Positions 39,301 through 62,180 of a stretch of 64,000 nt of DNA are shown piece by piece. The notes below the pieces were generated by a model. It worked only from the letters and a program-made list of their open reading frames with translations, was not told where the DNA came from and did no database searches. Source of the DNA: the human T2T-CHM13v2.0 reference genome, Homo sapiens. Position numbers and translations under genes: made by a program. Position 1 is the stretch's first letter; each line of letters starts with the position of its first letter. The stretch lies in assembly GCF_009914755.1 (NCBI RefSeq), contig NC_060925.1; one strand, given 5' to 3'.

Positions 39301-40702
39301 CCTGCCCAGCCAGACAGGCACAGGCCCCCCAAGGGTCCCTCCTTGTGCTCAGGGACCAGGCTGGTACAGTCCGGCCCTGCCTCCCAGGGTGACGCCTGGG
39401 CCCAAATTCAGCTGGCCCTGCCAGTCAGGCACTGGTGCAGAACCGAGGGCACCAGGCTCAGCCCCTCCCAGCCCAGCCCCAGGGCCCCCAAGCTGGGAGG
39501 GAGGGGAGACTCCCCACCCCTCCACATCTGGCCCTGGCCCCCAGGGTCTGCGGTAGAGAATTCCCGCCCCCGCTTCTCTCCCTCCTCCCGCTCTGTGCCC
39601 GCTGCCCGCCTCAGGGACAGCCCCAGCTCCCGCCTCCGGCCAGCAAGGCCCACATCCTTCCTCCCTCAGCTGGCCCCTTCGCCTGGCAGGAGGCTGGGGG
39701 GTCAGGCTGCTGGGGAACCCCCCCAAGCTCCCATCAGTCCTCATCCCCAGCCCCCAAACTCTGGGTTGCTGTCCCTTTTCCTGTAGAACAGGAAACAAGG
39801 TTATTTCCTAGACTCAGAGCCAGCCCCCTGCCCCTCTGGCTCTGCCCGGGGACCCAGACCCAGCAGGGGAAGGCGCCCTCAAGCAGCGAGCAGAGATTCA
39901 GCAATTCACCCCAGCTCCCTGCCTAGGGGGCTGACAGCTGTCACTCAGCACCCCACCCCCTGGGGAAGAGGGGGCCGATTCAATCAGAGCCCCAGAGGAA
40001 ACGCATTGATAGGCGATTATTTATTTATTTATGCAAAAGTGAGCCGACTTTGTTCGCCAGGTAACCGGGCACGCGGCCCAACCCCTCCAGCCCTAGCCGC
40101 CCCCAAATCCCTCCTCCGCCCCACACCCCCTCCGGGTCATTAGGTCCCCGCCCCTCAACTCCCCGAGAGCCAGTGGATCCTAGGGATTTGGGGGTTGGAG
40201 GGGAGGGGCTCCTCCCTCCGCAGTCTCCCCTTTTCCCAGCGCCGATCCTAAAATCCAGCCTTGTTCTCCGCTCCCACGGTCCCCCCTTCATTCCCCCCCC
40301 CCCCACATTCTCAGCAAGCTGGAGAGCAAATTGCAGTTTTAAATCCAAAGGCGGAGGGAGGGGGAAGGAGGAGGGGGCGCGCGGCAGCGCTGGGCGCGCA
40401 CCTCGCCCCCGAGCCGGGGGAGCCGCGGGGCGGCCAGGAAACCCGAGAACCCCCCCTCCCCGCCCCCCCTCCCCGTCCACCTCCCCCTCCCCCTTCCCGG
40501 CGCTGCCTGCCAGGCTTCGAGCCGAGCCCAGCCGAGCCGCGGGCCCCGGTGGAAACAAAGACCGATCGCACCGCGGGCACCGCAGCCACCGGGTCCAGCG
40601 GACCGGACCGGGGGACGCAGGCCCCCCCCGTGCGCTGCACAAAAGAGCCTGGCCGGCCGGTCCCCAGCGGGGGTCTGGGGCTGGGGAGGAGGCGCCACTC
40701 AC

Positions 40703-40800
40703 CGGAGTGCTGGGCTGCCGGCTCCGTGGGTCCGAGCCAGGCGAGGGGTTTTGGGGGACGTCTGTCTTCCGGCGGTGGCAGCGACGCGGGCGCCCGGCTG
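40703..40800 (-). other. AHDC1: Candidate third non-coding exon of AHDC1 (98 or 95 nt) preceding the long intron
   Basis: Acceptor ctcctctcctcag|cag (NAGNAG); consensus donor CCG|GTGAGT at 40702. Confidence 0.65.
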
Positions 40801-41033
40801 CTGAGGAGAGGAGTCGTGGAGGAGCCCTGAGCCGCCCGCCGTCGCTGACAGCATGGCTCGCGCCTCGGCTCACATTCTCCGCCGCTAACTCCGCTGGACA
40901 CGGCCCCCCGCTCCCGCGGCGCCCCCCCACCTCGATCACTCCTTCGCTCTCTCTGCGCCCCCCTCGCCCTCCCGCCGCGCACACACTCTCCCAGCCCTGG
41001 ACACCCCCGCCCCCACCCCCCCCAATAGCAAAC

Positions 41034-41169
41034 CTGGGAGGGAACGCGCCCCGCGTAGTCCTCCTGCTCCTCCTCCTCCGCCCTCCTCCCTCCCGCTCTC
41101 TCTGGCTGTCTGTCTGTCTCTCAGACTGTCTCTATTTCTCGCTCTCTCTGCCTTTCTCTGCTCTCCAAG
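41034..41169 (-). other. AHDC1: Candidate second non-coding exon of AHDC1 (136 nt)
   Basis: Acceptor ctttctgtcctcatttccttttcccacccag|; purine-rich body; weak donor CAG|GTTTGC. Confidence 0.5.
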
Positions 41170-41465
41170 CTGGGTGGGAAAAGGAAATGAGGACAGAAAG
41201 CAGACGCTGGCTTTGGGTGGTGGTAGCTGGATTCCCTCTCTCCCTCCCTCCCCCTCCTCCCCTCCCTCCTCCTGCCTTCTGCTCTCTCCGCTGCGAGCGG
41301 GGCTGAGCGCAGCCTGGCGGGTGGCTCGCTCTGCCCGCCCGCCCGCCTGTCTGTCTGTCTGGTCCGCCTCGCTCGCTCCCTCCCTCCGTCTCTCGCCCTC
41401 GCCCTGCCTGCCTGCCTCTCTCCGTCTCCGCCGCCGCCGCCGCTGCCTCTGCGAGCTCGCCTTAC

Positions 41466-41530
41466 CTTCGCCGCTCACCATCCGGAACCCCAGGGGGGAG
41501 CGCGCGCGCGGCACGCCGGGACTTGTAGTC
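41466..41530 (-). other. AHDC1: Candidate first non-coding exon of AHDC1 (5' end approximate)
   Basis: Donor AAG|GTAAGG at 41465; alternative donor ATG|GTGAGC at 41478. Confidence 0.55.
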
Positions 41531-41533
41531 CCC
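41503..41533 (-). promoter_or_regulatory. ZNF143/THAP11 extended SBS motif
   Basis: Minus strand GGACTACAAGTCCCGGCGTGCCGCGCG matches ACTACAnnTCCCAGnnTGC. Confidence 0.8.
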
Positions 41534-43837
41534 GCCCCGGCCGCTCCGCGCGCGGGGAGGGCGGGGCCGCGCCGGCTGCTCCGACGGCGCGGCCAGGAGC
41601 CCCGGGGACCCCGCGCCTGGGGCTCGTCTGGCTGGAGCGCGTCCTCGTTTACCAACGGGCGAAGATCCTCCCCAAGGGTTAAGAATGGTCCCTGTGTTCC
41701 TTGTCTCCACCGGGGGGCTCTGGATCGAGCGGAGGTTGCGGGTGGGAGTGAAGGGGCGGGGTCTGAGAGTGGAATGGGAGTGGAATAGGGAACCAGGGGA
41801 TTAGCCAAAGGGGCTGCGACTTTCTGGGGCGTCCCAATTAAATGGGAGGGGGAGAGGGCAGAGGAGAGGACCGGCTCTCTCAATCTGGGGACGTTATCCT
41901 TTTCTGAAAAGGTTTCTTATTGAGTAAAGCTCAAGTATATATGGCGGGAGGGCTGCTGGGGCGGGGGAGCGGGGGAGACCCAGCCAGCGCTGCTTCCTCA
42001 CTCAGTGACCCCTCCTCTCAAACTCCGACCTCGGTTTCGCCCTTGCAACTCCCAGCTTTCCTATATGTCCAAGGGCGGCGAGGGCTCAAAAGTCCTGGAT
42101 AATCCGCAGATAGAACACACACACCCTTTTCCGAATTCTGCTGAGCATTTGCGTTGTGTCAGGAAGCAGGATTCAGATTGAACGGTGCTGACCTCCTGCC
42201 GCGGCCGGGGGCTGGGCTCAGCACTTTCACCTACCTCCTCTTCAGGTCACATGTGTTCTCCAGCCCCTGCCTAGCCTATCCCACAGATGGGAATGTGCGC
42301 TGCTTGGGGGCCTTGTTACCGCCCCCGGAGATGGCTGAACTGCTGCGGTAAAATAGTGCTGTTATTTCCATTTTAGAGATGGGGGCACTGAGGTCCAGGT
42401 TCTCCAGTTAGCAAGTGGCTGAACCCAGCTGGATTTGAACCAGGGTCTGACTAACTCCAAACCCCACAAGCTTAACCCCTGGGCTATGACAAGGAGTTGT
42501 GACTCCCTCCATTTCTGTAACTGACCTTCTCTCCCTGTGTCTGTGTGTCCTTTCTTGGCACTTCAACAAATGTTAACTGAGGTATGCAGGGCTTGCAAGG
42601 GACACGGAGATGAATAATGCATAGTGGCTGTCGTGTCCTGTGTCCTAGGTGTCTACCAACGCCGGCCCTGACTGGCCCTGCGGCGGTCCCACCTCACTGG
42701 ACCACCTCATCTGTGTGTCTGATGTTCCACACCCTGTGTCTGCTGGCCTTGTCTATCTTGCTCCAGGTCTGAAGTTCCTAGAGCAGTGCCTTTGTCTCTG
42801 GCCTACCTGTTTCTGACTCTTCCTTTGGCCTTGCAGGGTGTTGGCCAGTGTGTGACAAAGGCAGCTGGTGACATTTTGCCAACCGCAACTCCCTGGTCAC
42901 TATCTTCCCCACACCTTCACTCCTTCCGAGCTCCTTCTCTATGGCAGTCCAGTACCCCCAGAGGACAAGAGAGGGGATCTGGGGAACACTCTCTATTGGC
43001 CCTTGGCAGAGGGTGTGTGCAGCAGTAATAGGAGAGGTCTAGGGCTCTAAACGGGACACTATTGATTTGGCATCATGGGGCTGCCATGACCGACTGGAGA
43101 GGCCCTCATCTTGGAGCAGCTTCTCCTTGCAGACAAGTTAGGACTTGGGTTCAAAGATTTATTCATTGAATGGGAAATATAAGGTCAGATGCTCATAAAA
43201 GTAGTGGCTAAAGTCATTAGAGATTCTGCAGCTCCAAAGCCTGGGCCTGAAGTGATCCCAAATAGATGAGGCTTTGGCACCTTGCCCTAGCTGGCCCCCT
43301 ATAGGACAGACAGACTTCGGCGTTGGGGAGGGTGAAAGAGACCCAGGTTCCTCCTCCTTTCTCTCCCTTCCCCCATTACCCATTAGATTCTGCCTGTAGT
43401 CATGAAGACTCTACTCAGTTTGAATCAAGTTTTAGGAGGGAGTTGGGTGGGATAATATAGGATGGTTTCTGGGGTGTGGAGAGCCCCAGTAGGTTGAGAT
43501 GAAGGGGAGTTTGGGAAAAGCATGGGAGGGGGAGGTTAAGTAATGAGATGCAGAGGGCAAGATTAGTAGGGCCCATGGCTCTATGAGTTAGAGGGAAATA
43601 GAAGTTAGGTAGGGTTTCTCGAGCATGCCCCTCCCACCCCAGGCTACTTCAGCGGTCCCCTTCCCCTGTGAGGGTGAATTCCATTGGCCCTTAAAGTGTT
43701 GATCATCACTGGAAACCAAGCATTGCAGAGTCTCCCTGTTATTTGGGGGCTGGTCTTTTTCGTGGAGCCTCTCCAAATTGTGTTGAGTTTGGCGGGGGGT
43801 GGTCTCCCCAAACTCAAGTTGTCTTCCCGTGGGCTGC

Positions 43838-43855
43838 TGCTGCCACCTAGTGTCT
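43838..43855 (-). promoter_or_regulatory. CTCF-type motif
   Basis: Minus strand AGACACTAGGTGGCAGCA resembles CCACYAGRKGGCRS. Confidence 0.6.
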
Positions 43856-45233
43856 AATCTTCGTTTCTGCTTCAGCAGTTGTCAGCGAGCAGGAGGGAAA
43901 GAAGGCTTGAGGCAGAGGACACAGGTTCTGGAAGAGCCTGCATCATCCCTCTCTGGGCTCAGCTCCCTCCAGCCGCTTTTGTTTCGGTGTAAGCAGAAGG
44001 TGGTGTAGCTAGACCCTGGAAAATAAAGATGAGAGTCTGGAATGGGGCCTTGGGTTTGAGAGGCCATGTGGAGCAGGAGCTAGACAGGCCTGGTCCTGAT
44101 CTTGATTTTACTTGTGTGTCCTCAATCTGTGTGAGTCTCAGTTTTCCCATGTGTAAAATAGAAGCAGAGCTGTTGAGAAGATTAACTGAGCATATAGATG
44201 TAAAAGCACTGTGAAAACTGGCAAGGGCATGGTGAGAGAGATGATGAGTCACACTAATAATGACAATAACTGACAGGTCCCAGCAGCCTGGAGCCAGGCC
44301 CCCAGACCTCATGGAAAGGGCAGGATGAAGTGAGTCTTGGGTAGGGACTAGCACGGCCCTCCCTGAATATGGAAGTTCTGGGGGTGGCCCTACTCCTGGG
44401 GCTGCTCAGGAGAGGTGTGGACTGCTAGAGGGTGGTTCAGCCCAGTATGCAGAAGGGGAGACGGAGGCTTAGAGAGGTTGCGGGCCTATCCTAAGCTATT
44501 GAGCTGCAGATCCAGGAACAAGAGGCCCATTGGACTGGAGCCATTATGGCCCTGGTTTTCCCCTTCTTTGGATGGGAACAGCTCAAAGCTGGAGCCCAAG
44601 AGACCACGCAAGCAGGAAGCCTCCCTCATTGTGGTACAGTGGGGACTAAGGCCCCCAGGCTCTGTTAGCCCTCCTCCTGGGCCAGCCCCTTTCCCCTCCC
44701 CCGTGCAAGTCCTCCCACATTCCTCTAGGCCACAGGAAACCCCAGCTGCAGCCCAGACTTCAAACAGCTCCTCCCTCTGGGGCAGGGGGTGTGGGAGGAG
44801 AGGCCAGAGGCCAGAGGGCAAAGGTCAGCTTTGTTCCTGCCGGAGGTGGTGAGGGACCTGGGGGAGACAGAGGGGGAGCAGGGTCGGGCCCTTGACAGCC
44901 ACACTGAGTGTGTGTGAATTCCTGTGGCCGTCAGGGTTGTGTGATTCCCGCTGTGCGCCTGTGTCTGGGGGGTAACCCTGTGTCCTCGGTTTGCTTTCGC
45001 TTGCAGGCCTGACTTCTGTGTCTGAGTGTGAAGCAGTGCATGTTTGTCTGTGGGTGCTCAGCCTGGGATCCCACTGACACGTCTGTAGGTGCCATTACTT
45101 GTATCGCTATGTCTGGTTCATAGGCGCGGTCAAAGCTGTGTGTCCTATGAGTGTGACCTGGTATGGTTCTTTGTGTCCCAGAGGGGTGTCCGTCTCCTGC
45201 CTCTTCGCCTCCTATCTTTCCTCTCCATTGTCA

Positions 45234-45581
<348 letters not shown>

Positions 45582-46144
45582 TCAGTGGCTCCCCATTGTC
45601 CAAGGCTTAGGATCCCAGCTTGAGTGCATGGTAGACAAGACCCATGCCTGCCTTTGCCATCTTCATCTTTAGCCACTAACCCCTCTGAAATTTCACATTC
45701 CTAGCACACCTACCTAATTGTAACTCCCTGAGCAGTCTCATTTCTTGCCTTTGAGCTCACTTAATTCTGTCCAGTCTGGAATGTCCTTCTGTTGCTTCTT
45801 TCTTTACCAAGCAAACTCTTACTCTTGTTTCTGATGAATCAACACCTCCTCTGAGAAGCCTCCCAGACTTCCCCCTGCCCAGTTGAGTTAGGACTCTCCC
45901 CTGTTCTCCCACATAGCTTTATTGTCATTTTCTGCCCGCATCTGTCCTGTTAGCACCCATCACCATTAAACTGTGACCTCTTTGAGAGCAGGAACTGTGC
46001 CATATCTCCTGTCCTGTGGTGGGAAGTTTCTGAAGAGACCTGGTTCTCCCATCCCGGGAGGGGGGAAAGTTTCTTGCAGTTTTGGATGTAGTACTCAGAG
46101 TCACCACTAGAGAGAGTGTGAACATCACTGCAGGACCATCCAGG

Positions 46145-46147
<3 letters not shown>

Positions 46148-46186
<39 letters not shown>

Positions 46187-46286
46187 TTCGATACTGTACC
46201 TGGGGTGTGTGTGTGTGTGTGTGTGTGTGTCTTCAATACTGTACCTGGGGTATGTGTGTGTGTGTGTGTCTTCGATACTGTACCTG

Positions 46287-46329
<43 letters not shown>

Positions 46330-46346
46330 TTCGATACTGTACCTGG
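46148..46346 (+). repeat. Compound VNTR [(TG)n-CTTCGATACTGTACCTGGGG] x4
   Basis: Core at 46186, 46231, 46270, 46329. Confidence 0.95.
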
Positions 46347-46969
46347 TGGAGTGGAGAGAGGATCCACTCAGCTCAGTCCCGGAGCAGTGGGATCCAGAGT
46401 AGACTCCATTCCCCACAATAAGTCCTGGGTCCCCCAGATTTCTTCTTTCTTTTCCCCACAACTCAGAGCCCATACCCCTTGGCTTTCCCCCTCCTACTTC
46501 TTGCCTCTGACTCTCCATCCCTCGTCTTCCATGCCTCATCTGCACCCTCAGCCCTCCCATGCCTAATTATTGGCACTTGCCTGGCCTGAATGGGCCTTAC
46601 TCTACCATACGTCTGGGCCTTTGCACATGCTGTTCCCTCTGCTGGAGATGACCTCACCCTCTGGCTGCTTCATCAGGCAGACTTTTATTTCACAGACTCC
46701 AAGAAATCCCCCAGACTTGGCTCCCAGACTGACCTTGCCCCTAAGTGTTGTCATTGTTTACTGTTTTGCCTCCTAGACAGGACCAGCCTACAGGAGACAT
46801 CAGTAGATGTGTGTGAAATTAATAAATGACTTAGTTCTTTTACGAGTACAATCCTCAGCATGTAGGGAGCTACCCCTGAGCCCTACGTGCACCAGGCCCT
46901 TCCTGGACCTGACTCTGGGTCAATATGACACTTTCCCATGCTGCTCCTTCAAATAAAGAAATGTGACCC

Positions 46970-47140
46970 GGGGAACACATGAGACTTTGAGTTCAAATCC
47001 TGGCTGTACCATCCACCTGTATGACCTTGAGCCAGTGTTGTAGCCTCTCAGAGTCTTGTTTCCTCTTTTGTAAAATGGGGATAATCACACATCTGCGCTG
47101 CCTTGTGGTGAAGATCAAATTAGATGATGCATGCAAAATA
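46970..47140 (+). mobile_element. MIR
   Basis: gagttcaaatcctggct...tgaccttgag...tgtaaaatggggataat. Confidence 0.75.
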
Positions 47141-47179
47141 CCCGCATTAGTCAATTAGGTGTCCTCCTCCCCCACCATG

Positions 47180-47410
47180 AACTTGGAAATAAAATTGCCC
47201 TCTGAGTCTTAAACCAGTAAAATCCACGCATCACGGAGGAGAAGAGCCAGGTGGGGGAGTGAATGAGGCGAGAGATGGTTTTGTAAACGACTGAAGAGTT
47301 TTGTGAACGGTGCAAACCGCAATCAAGGTGACCCGCCTGTAATCTCAGGGAGGCAGGGCGAGGATGTGATTGAAATTGAGAAAGCAGAAGCCTAATCAAT
47401 TGCATTGTGC
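47180..47410. mobile_element. Ancient conserved interspersed repeat, MER135-like
   Basis: ccctctgagtcttaaaccagtaaaatccacgcatcacgg...gagatggttttgtaaacgactgaagag...aatcaaggtgacccgcctgtaatc...gattgaaatt; family name from recall. Confidence 0.6.
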
Positions 47411-47679
47411 TCTATCTGAAGGGAACAGAAGGCTGCACAGAAAACGGGGTGCAAGGGAGAATTCATCTAGCTGTTTCAGAGGGAGAGACAAGGAAGGCAC
47501 CAGTAGACACAGGGATTCCAGGCTCAGGAGGCTCTGGTCTCTACTGAGGAGCAGCGAGGGCCCTGGTGAACTCCAGGTGGTTCACTGCCCTGCTGGGCTT
47601 TCATTGAAACCAAACGGGCATCCTGGTACCAGACAGAGCCCTGTAGGGCAGACAAGAATATTCTGGTCCCAGAAAAAGG

Positions 47680-48060
47680 CTGTGGAGACTGAGAGCACTG
47701 ATTTTGGAGTCAGAAGACTTGGTGTAAGCCCCTGCTCTGCCACTTCTGTCCTGCTGATTCACTTCACTGTGCCTCAGTTTCCTCATTAGCAACATGAAGA
47801 TACAACAAACTCCTCCTCATAGGGATCTGCGAGGATAAAATCGCAGCATGCATGCACTTAGCAGGATGCCTGGCACACAGTCAACAATTTGCAAATGGTA
47901 GTGACAGAGAGAGCTCACATGTATTGATCATTTGATTACTATTTCACAGATGAGGAAATTGAGGCTTCGAGAGGTGAAAAACTTGCACTAAACCACACAG
48001 CTAGTGAGTGGTGGAGGCAGGATTCACACCAGGCACTACAGCTCCAGAGCCGTGCTCTTC
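47680..48060. mobile_element. Two opposed MIRs
   Basis: ttggagtcagaagac...gcctcagtttcctc (+) and acagatgaggaaattgaggc (-). Confidence 0.7.
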
Positions 48061-48390
48061 TCTGCTTATTTCATGGCAGGCAGAATCACTGGCCTCTGGC
48101 TTATACATCAGGCTCTTGTGAGTTTGGTCAGCCAGAAACTGTGGCCCTTGGGAAGCCTTGGCCCCTGAGACTTTTTCTGTGGAGCTAAGGCTCCCACCCC
48201 TATGACAACCCCTCTGAGCAGCCATTTGGCTTCTCTCCATCTTACTGCTCTCATTCAGCAACCCCCAGCACAGGGCAGGACACAGGGAATTCTCAATCTG
48301 CATTGATTGCCTTATCTTTCTTTCCTTTAGGTCACCCAGCATAGGAGGATTTCCAGGGAATCTTTCTACCAATAACTAGAGGAGGAAGGA

Positions 48391-48391
<1 letters not shown>

Positions 48392-48429
<38 letters not shown>

Positions 48430-48435
48430 CACACA
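48392..48435 (+). repeat. (CA)n microsatellite
   Basis: About 21 units with one CG interruption. Confidence 0.95.
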
Positions 48436-48479
48436 CTCCACAGAGGCTCTCTTCCCAAAGCCTAGAGGCAATGAAGTCT

Positions 48480-48700
48480 AGTGAAAAGACCATGAGCTTT
48501 GGTGTAAGATCTAGGTTCAAATCCTAGCTCTGTCACATACACTGCATGCTCTTGGTACATCATGTAACCCCTGAGCCTCAGTTTTCTCACCTACAAATGG
48601 GGCTAATCACAGAACCAGGCTCAGTACTGGATTAAATTGAAAAGATGGCTGTAAATACATCTGACATTCAGAAGACACTTAATAAGTGAGTTATTATTAT
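48480..48700 (+). mobile_element. MIR
   Basis: ctaggttcaaatcctagctctg...ctgagcctcagttttctcacct. Confidence 0.75.
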
Positions 48701-49384
48701 TATAATTTTCCTCCTCTGCTTGACTATGAACTCCTCCTCCAGGGCAGGGACAGGTCTTATTCATGTTTGTGTTCCCAGGGTCCTCCTTAGCAAAGAGTCA
48801 ATGCTTTGCAGAGTCAATGCTCAGTAATGATTTGCCAATTGCTGCAGTGATTCCCAGCTCCCAGATTCCTTCTCTGTCCATTCCCTTAGTAAGTCAGATG
48901 GTCAACAAACATTTTCTGATGGGAGAGGTGGGAATCTTTATTCCCTGCTCCCCTTGTTTCCACACGGAGGCATGTCAGCTTCCAGAGTTTCTCTCAGGGG
49001 AACGAGGGAGTGGGAAGATTCATCATCGCGCAGGTGCACTGCAGATTGTTCAGCATCCCTGAACCCTACCTGTAGGATCCAAACAAATCAAACTGCCTTC
49101 AAACCTCTCCAAAAGCTCCCCTGGGGGCAAAACTCCCCTAATGAGATCCAGTGAGTTAGACTAACCCTCAGGCCTCTTCTCTCTCCTCCCCTCTCTTCTG
49201 TCCTCTTTTGGAGAGTCTGACAGCTCCAGAGGGTCCACTGTGGTCTTCCTCCCTGCCCTGGCAAAGGAGGCCTAAGGTTGTCCCATTGCGCCTGTGATGA
49301 ATGGCAAATCTGATGAACTCAGATAAAGAATTAGCAAACCTATTATACACAGATTGAAGGCCATATCAGCAACGAAGGGGACAT

Positions 49385-49625
49385 TTTAATGTATCTTCAG
49401 CTGCTTGTCTTCTAAACTCACGTGCAGATGAGCAGTGGGACTCTGGGTGTTCTAAAACTCCACACCTTGGATGCCCCGTGCTTGGTAGGCATTAGGGCCC
49501 TCTCCAGCTTCCCCTGCTGCTGCCTGTAGCCATATCTGTCCGTTCACCCCCTATTGACCACCCCCGCTCCCAAAGGAAGGTTCAAGGGTATTTCATGGTT
49601 TGAGGATTCATATTGTCATTTTACT
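49385..49625 (-). terminator. FGR polyadenylation signals: proximal AGTAAA, distal ATTAAA
   Basis: Plus-strand tttact 49620-49625 and tttaat 49385-49390; no minus-strand AATAAA seen in the UTR. Confidence 0.6.
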
Positions 49626-50215
49626 TATTTACAGAATCAATAAACCAACACATACACACTATTCAGAGAGGTGGGAAGTGCTCTGCAACCTTCTCCCTCA
49701 AACCTGGGCCCAGACCCCAGTCCTGGACCACTGCATCCACCCAGCAGGAAAGGGGTCCAGCCAAGACTTTTCCTGACTTTGTAACTTACAGACACAAGAG
49801 AATAGAGGGTAGAAGGGAAATTCTTGGCACCTGGACTAGAGTGAGATAAAAGGAGAGTAGGAAAGCAGTGATAGGAGAGAAGTGAGGGAGGTACATACAG
49901 TTTTATAAATAACTAGACAAGGTCTGAGCACTTTGGGTGGGGATGGAGTGAGAAAGGCTACAGGCATGTAGGGGCCTAAGTGGAAAAGGAAGAAATAGTG
50001 CTTGGGGCCAGAGCGGATGAGAGATCAGCTCTGGGCCTCCTTTTGCCCCATCTGTAAAACAAGTAGGTTGCCCTAGGTGGTGTCAGAGCAGCCACGTCCT
50101 CGGTGATGCTAGGACTCTATGGGGTTCTAAGCCAGCCTGGGGGCTTTGGAAGAACAGCTCTGGGGATTGGCAAGGACTGGTGGCCACCGCCAGAGAGGGT
50201 TGATGCCCGGACAGG
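49590..50215 (-). other. FGR: FGR 3'UTR (3' end approximate)
   Basis: Follows the stop codon. First plausible signal is variant AGTAAA at 49625-49620; a second, ATTAAA, is at 49390-49385. Confidence 0.75.
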
Positions 50216-61219
<11,004 letters not shown>

Positions 61220-61534
61220 TCCAGGTTCCCTGCTACAGAATGGGGCATGCCTCACTCAAGGACCCCTGCCAGGTGCACCACCCTGTGCACACACGCGCAT
61301 GCACATGCTCATACGCTCATACAGGCACGTGGCTTTCCCTCTTGGGCCTAGATTGGGGTCCTCCCTGTAAGGGATAAAGGCGGAACTGGGCCACCTACTG
61401 TACCGTTCAGTCTGCCTCACAGTATGTCCCCCCTCAGTGCTTCTCTTCCCATTGGCTCATGTCTATATCTCTGGGGCTGGCTTTCTACATTGGGATATTG
61501 CTATGCTTATTTGCATATTTTTGCCTCCTATTGC

Positions 61535-61755
61535 TTTGCTTTTTTTGTTTTGTTTTGAGACAAGATCTCACTCTGTTGCCCAGGCTGGAGTGCAGTGGCA
61601 CAATCATAGCTTGCTGCAGCCTTGATCTCCTGGGCTCAAGTGATCCTCTGGTCTCAGCCTCCCAAGAACTGGGACTATACAGGTGCGTGCCAGTACCCCT
61701 GGCTAATTTGTTTGATTTTTAGTAGAGACAAGGTCTTGCTATATTGCTCAGGTTG
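61535..61755 (-). mobile_element. Alu (J-type), partial
   Basis: tttgagacaagatctcactctgttgcccaggctggagtgcagtggc. Confidence 0.9.
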
Positions 61756-61759
61756 GGTC

Positions 61760-62180
61760 CTATTGCTTTGATATGTTGTGTTTCTGTGACTCTTTCAGTG
61801 TGCTTGTACATGTGCGTCTTTGTGTGTCTCTAAGTATGGGTGAGTTTGCCTGTGTGGGTATGCATGTGTGTGCAGCTCTTTGTGGATGTCTGTCTGTGTG
61901 TGCAGGTTTGTGTGTATATGAGAGTGTATAAAAGTCTCTGTGTATGTGTTTGGCTGCATGTGTATATGTCTGTAAGACCGTGTTTGTGTGCATGTGTTTC
62001 TGTGTGAGTATGTGTGTGCCTGTCTGTGTGAGTGGGTGTCTCTGTGTCTGTGTGTCTATGAATGTGCACCTATCTCTGTGTGGGAGCAGTGTGCCTGTCT
62101 CTGGATGTGTGTATCTCTGCATGTATGTCTATATATCTGCGCATGTTTGTGTGTGAGTGTGTGTGAGGCTGTGTGTCTGC
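61760..62180 (+). repeat. Degenerate (TG)n tract in FGR 5'UTR intron
   Basis: Direct reading. Confidence 0.8.

Larger units (their letters stand above)
40050..41800 (-). promoter_or_regulatory. AHDC1: Large CpG-island promoter and 5' non-coding exons, probably AHDC1
   Basis: Very high GC and CpG, GC boxes, ZNF143-type motif, minus-strand splice sites. Gene name rests on recalled gene order (AHDC1 lies next to the FGR 3' end on the same strand), not on coding sequence. Confidence 0.8.

Noticed and set aside
40025-41883. Long ORFs (204-377 aa) on both strands of the promoter island
   Set aside because: Pro/Arg/Gly/Ala-rich products typical of stop-poor CpG islands, open in many frames.
49290-49360. 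GTGATGA...CTGATGA resembling C/D-box snoRNA boxes
   Set aside because: No terminal D box or closing stem at a suitable distance, and not inside a plus-strand intron.
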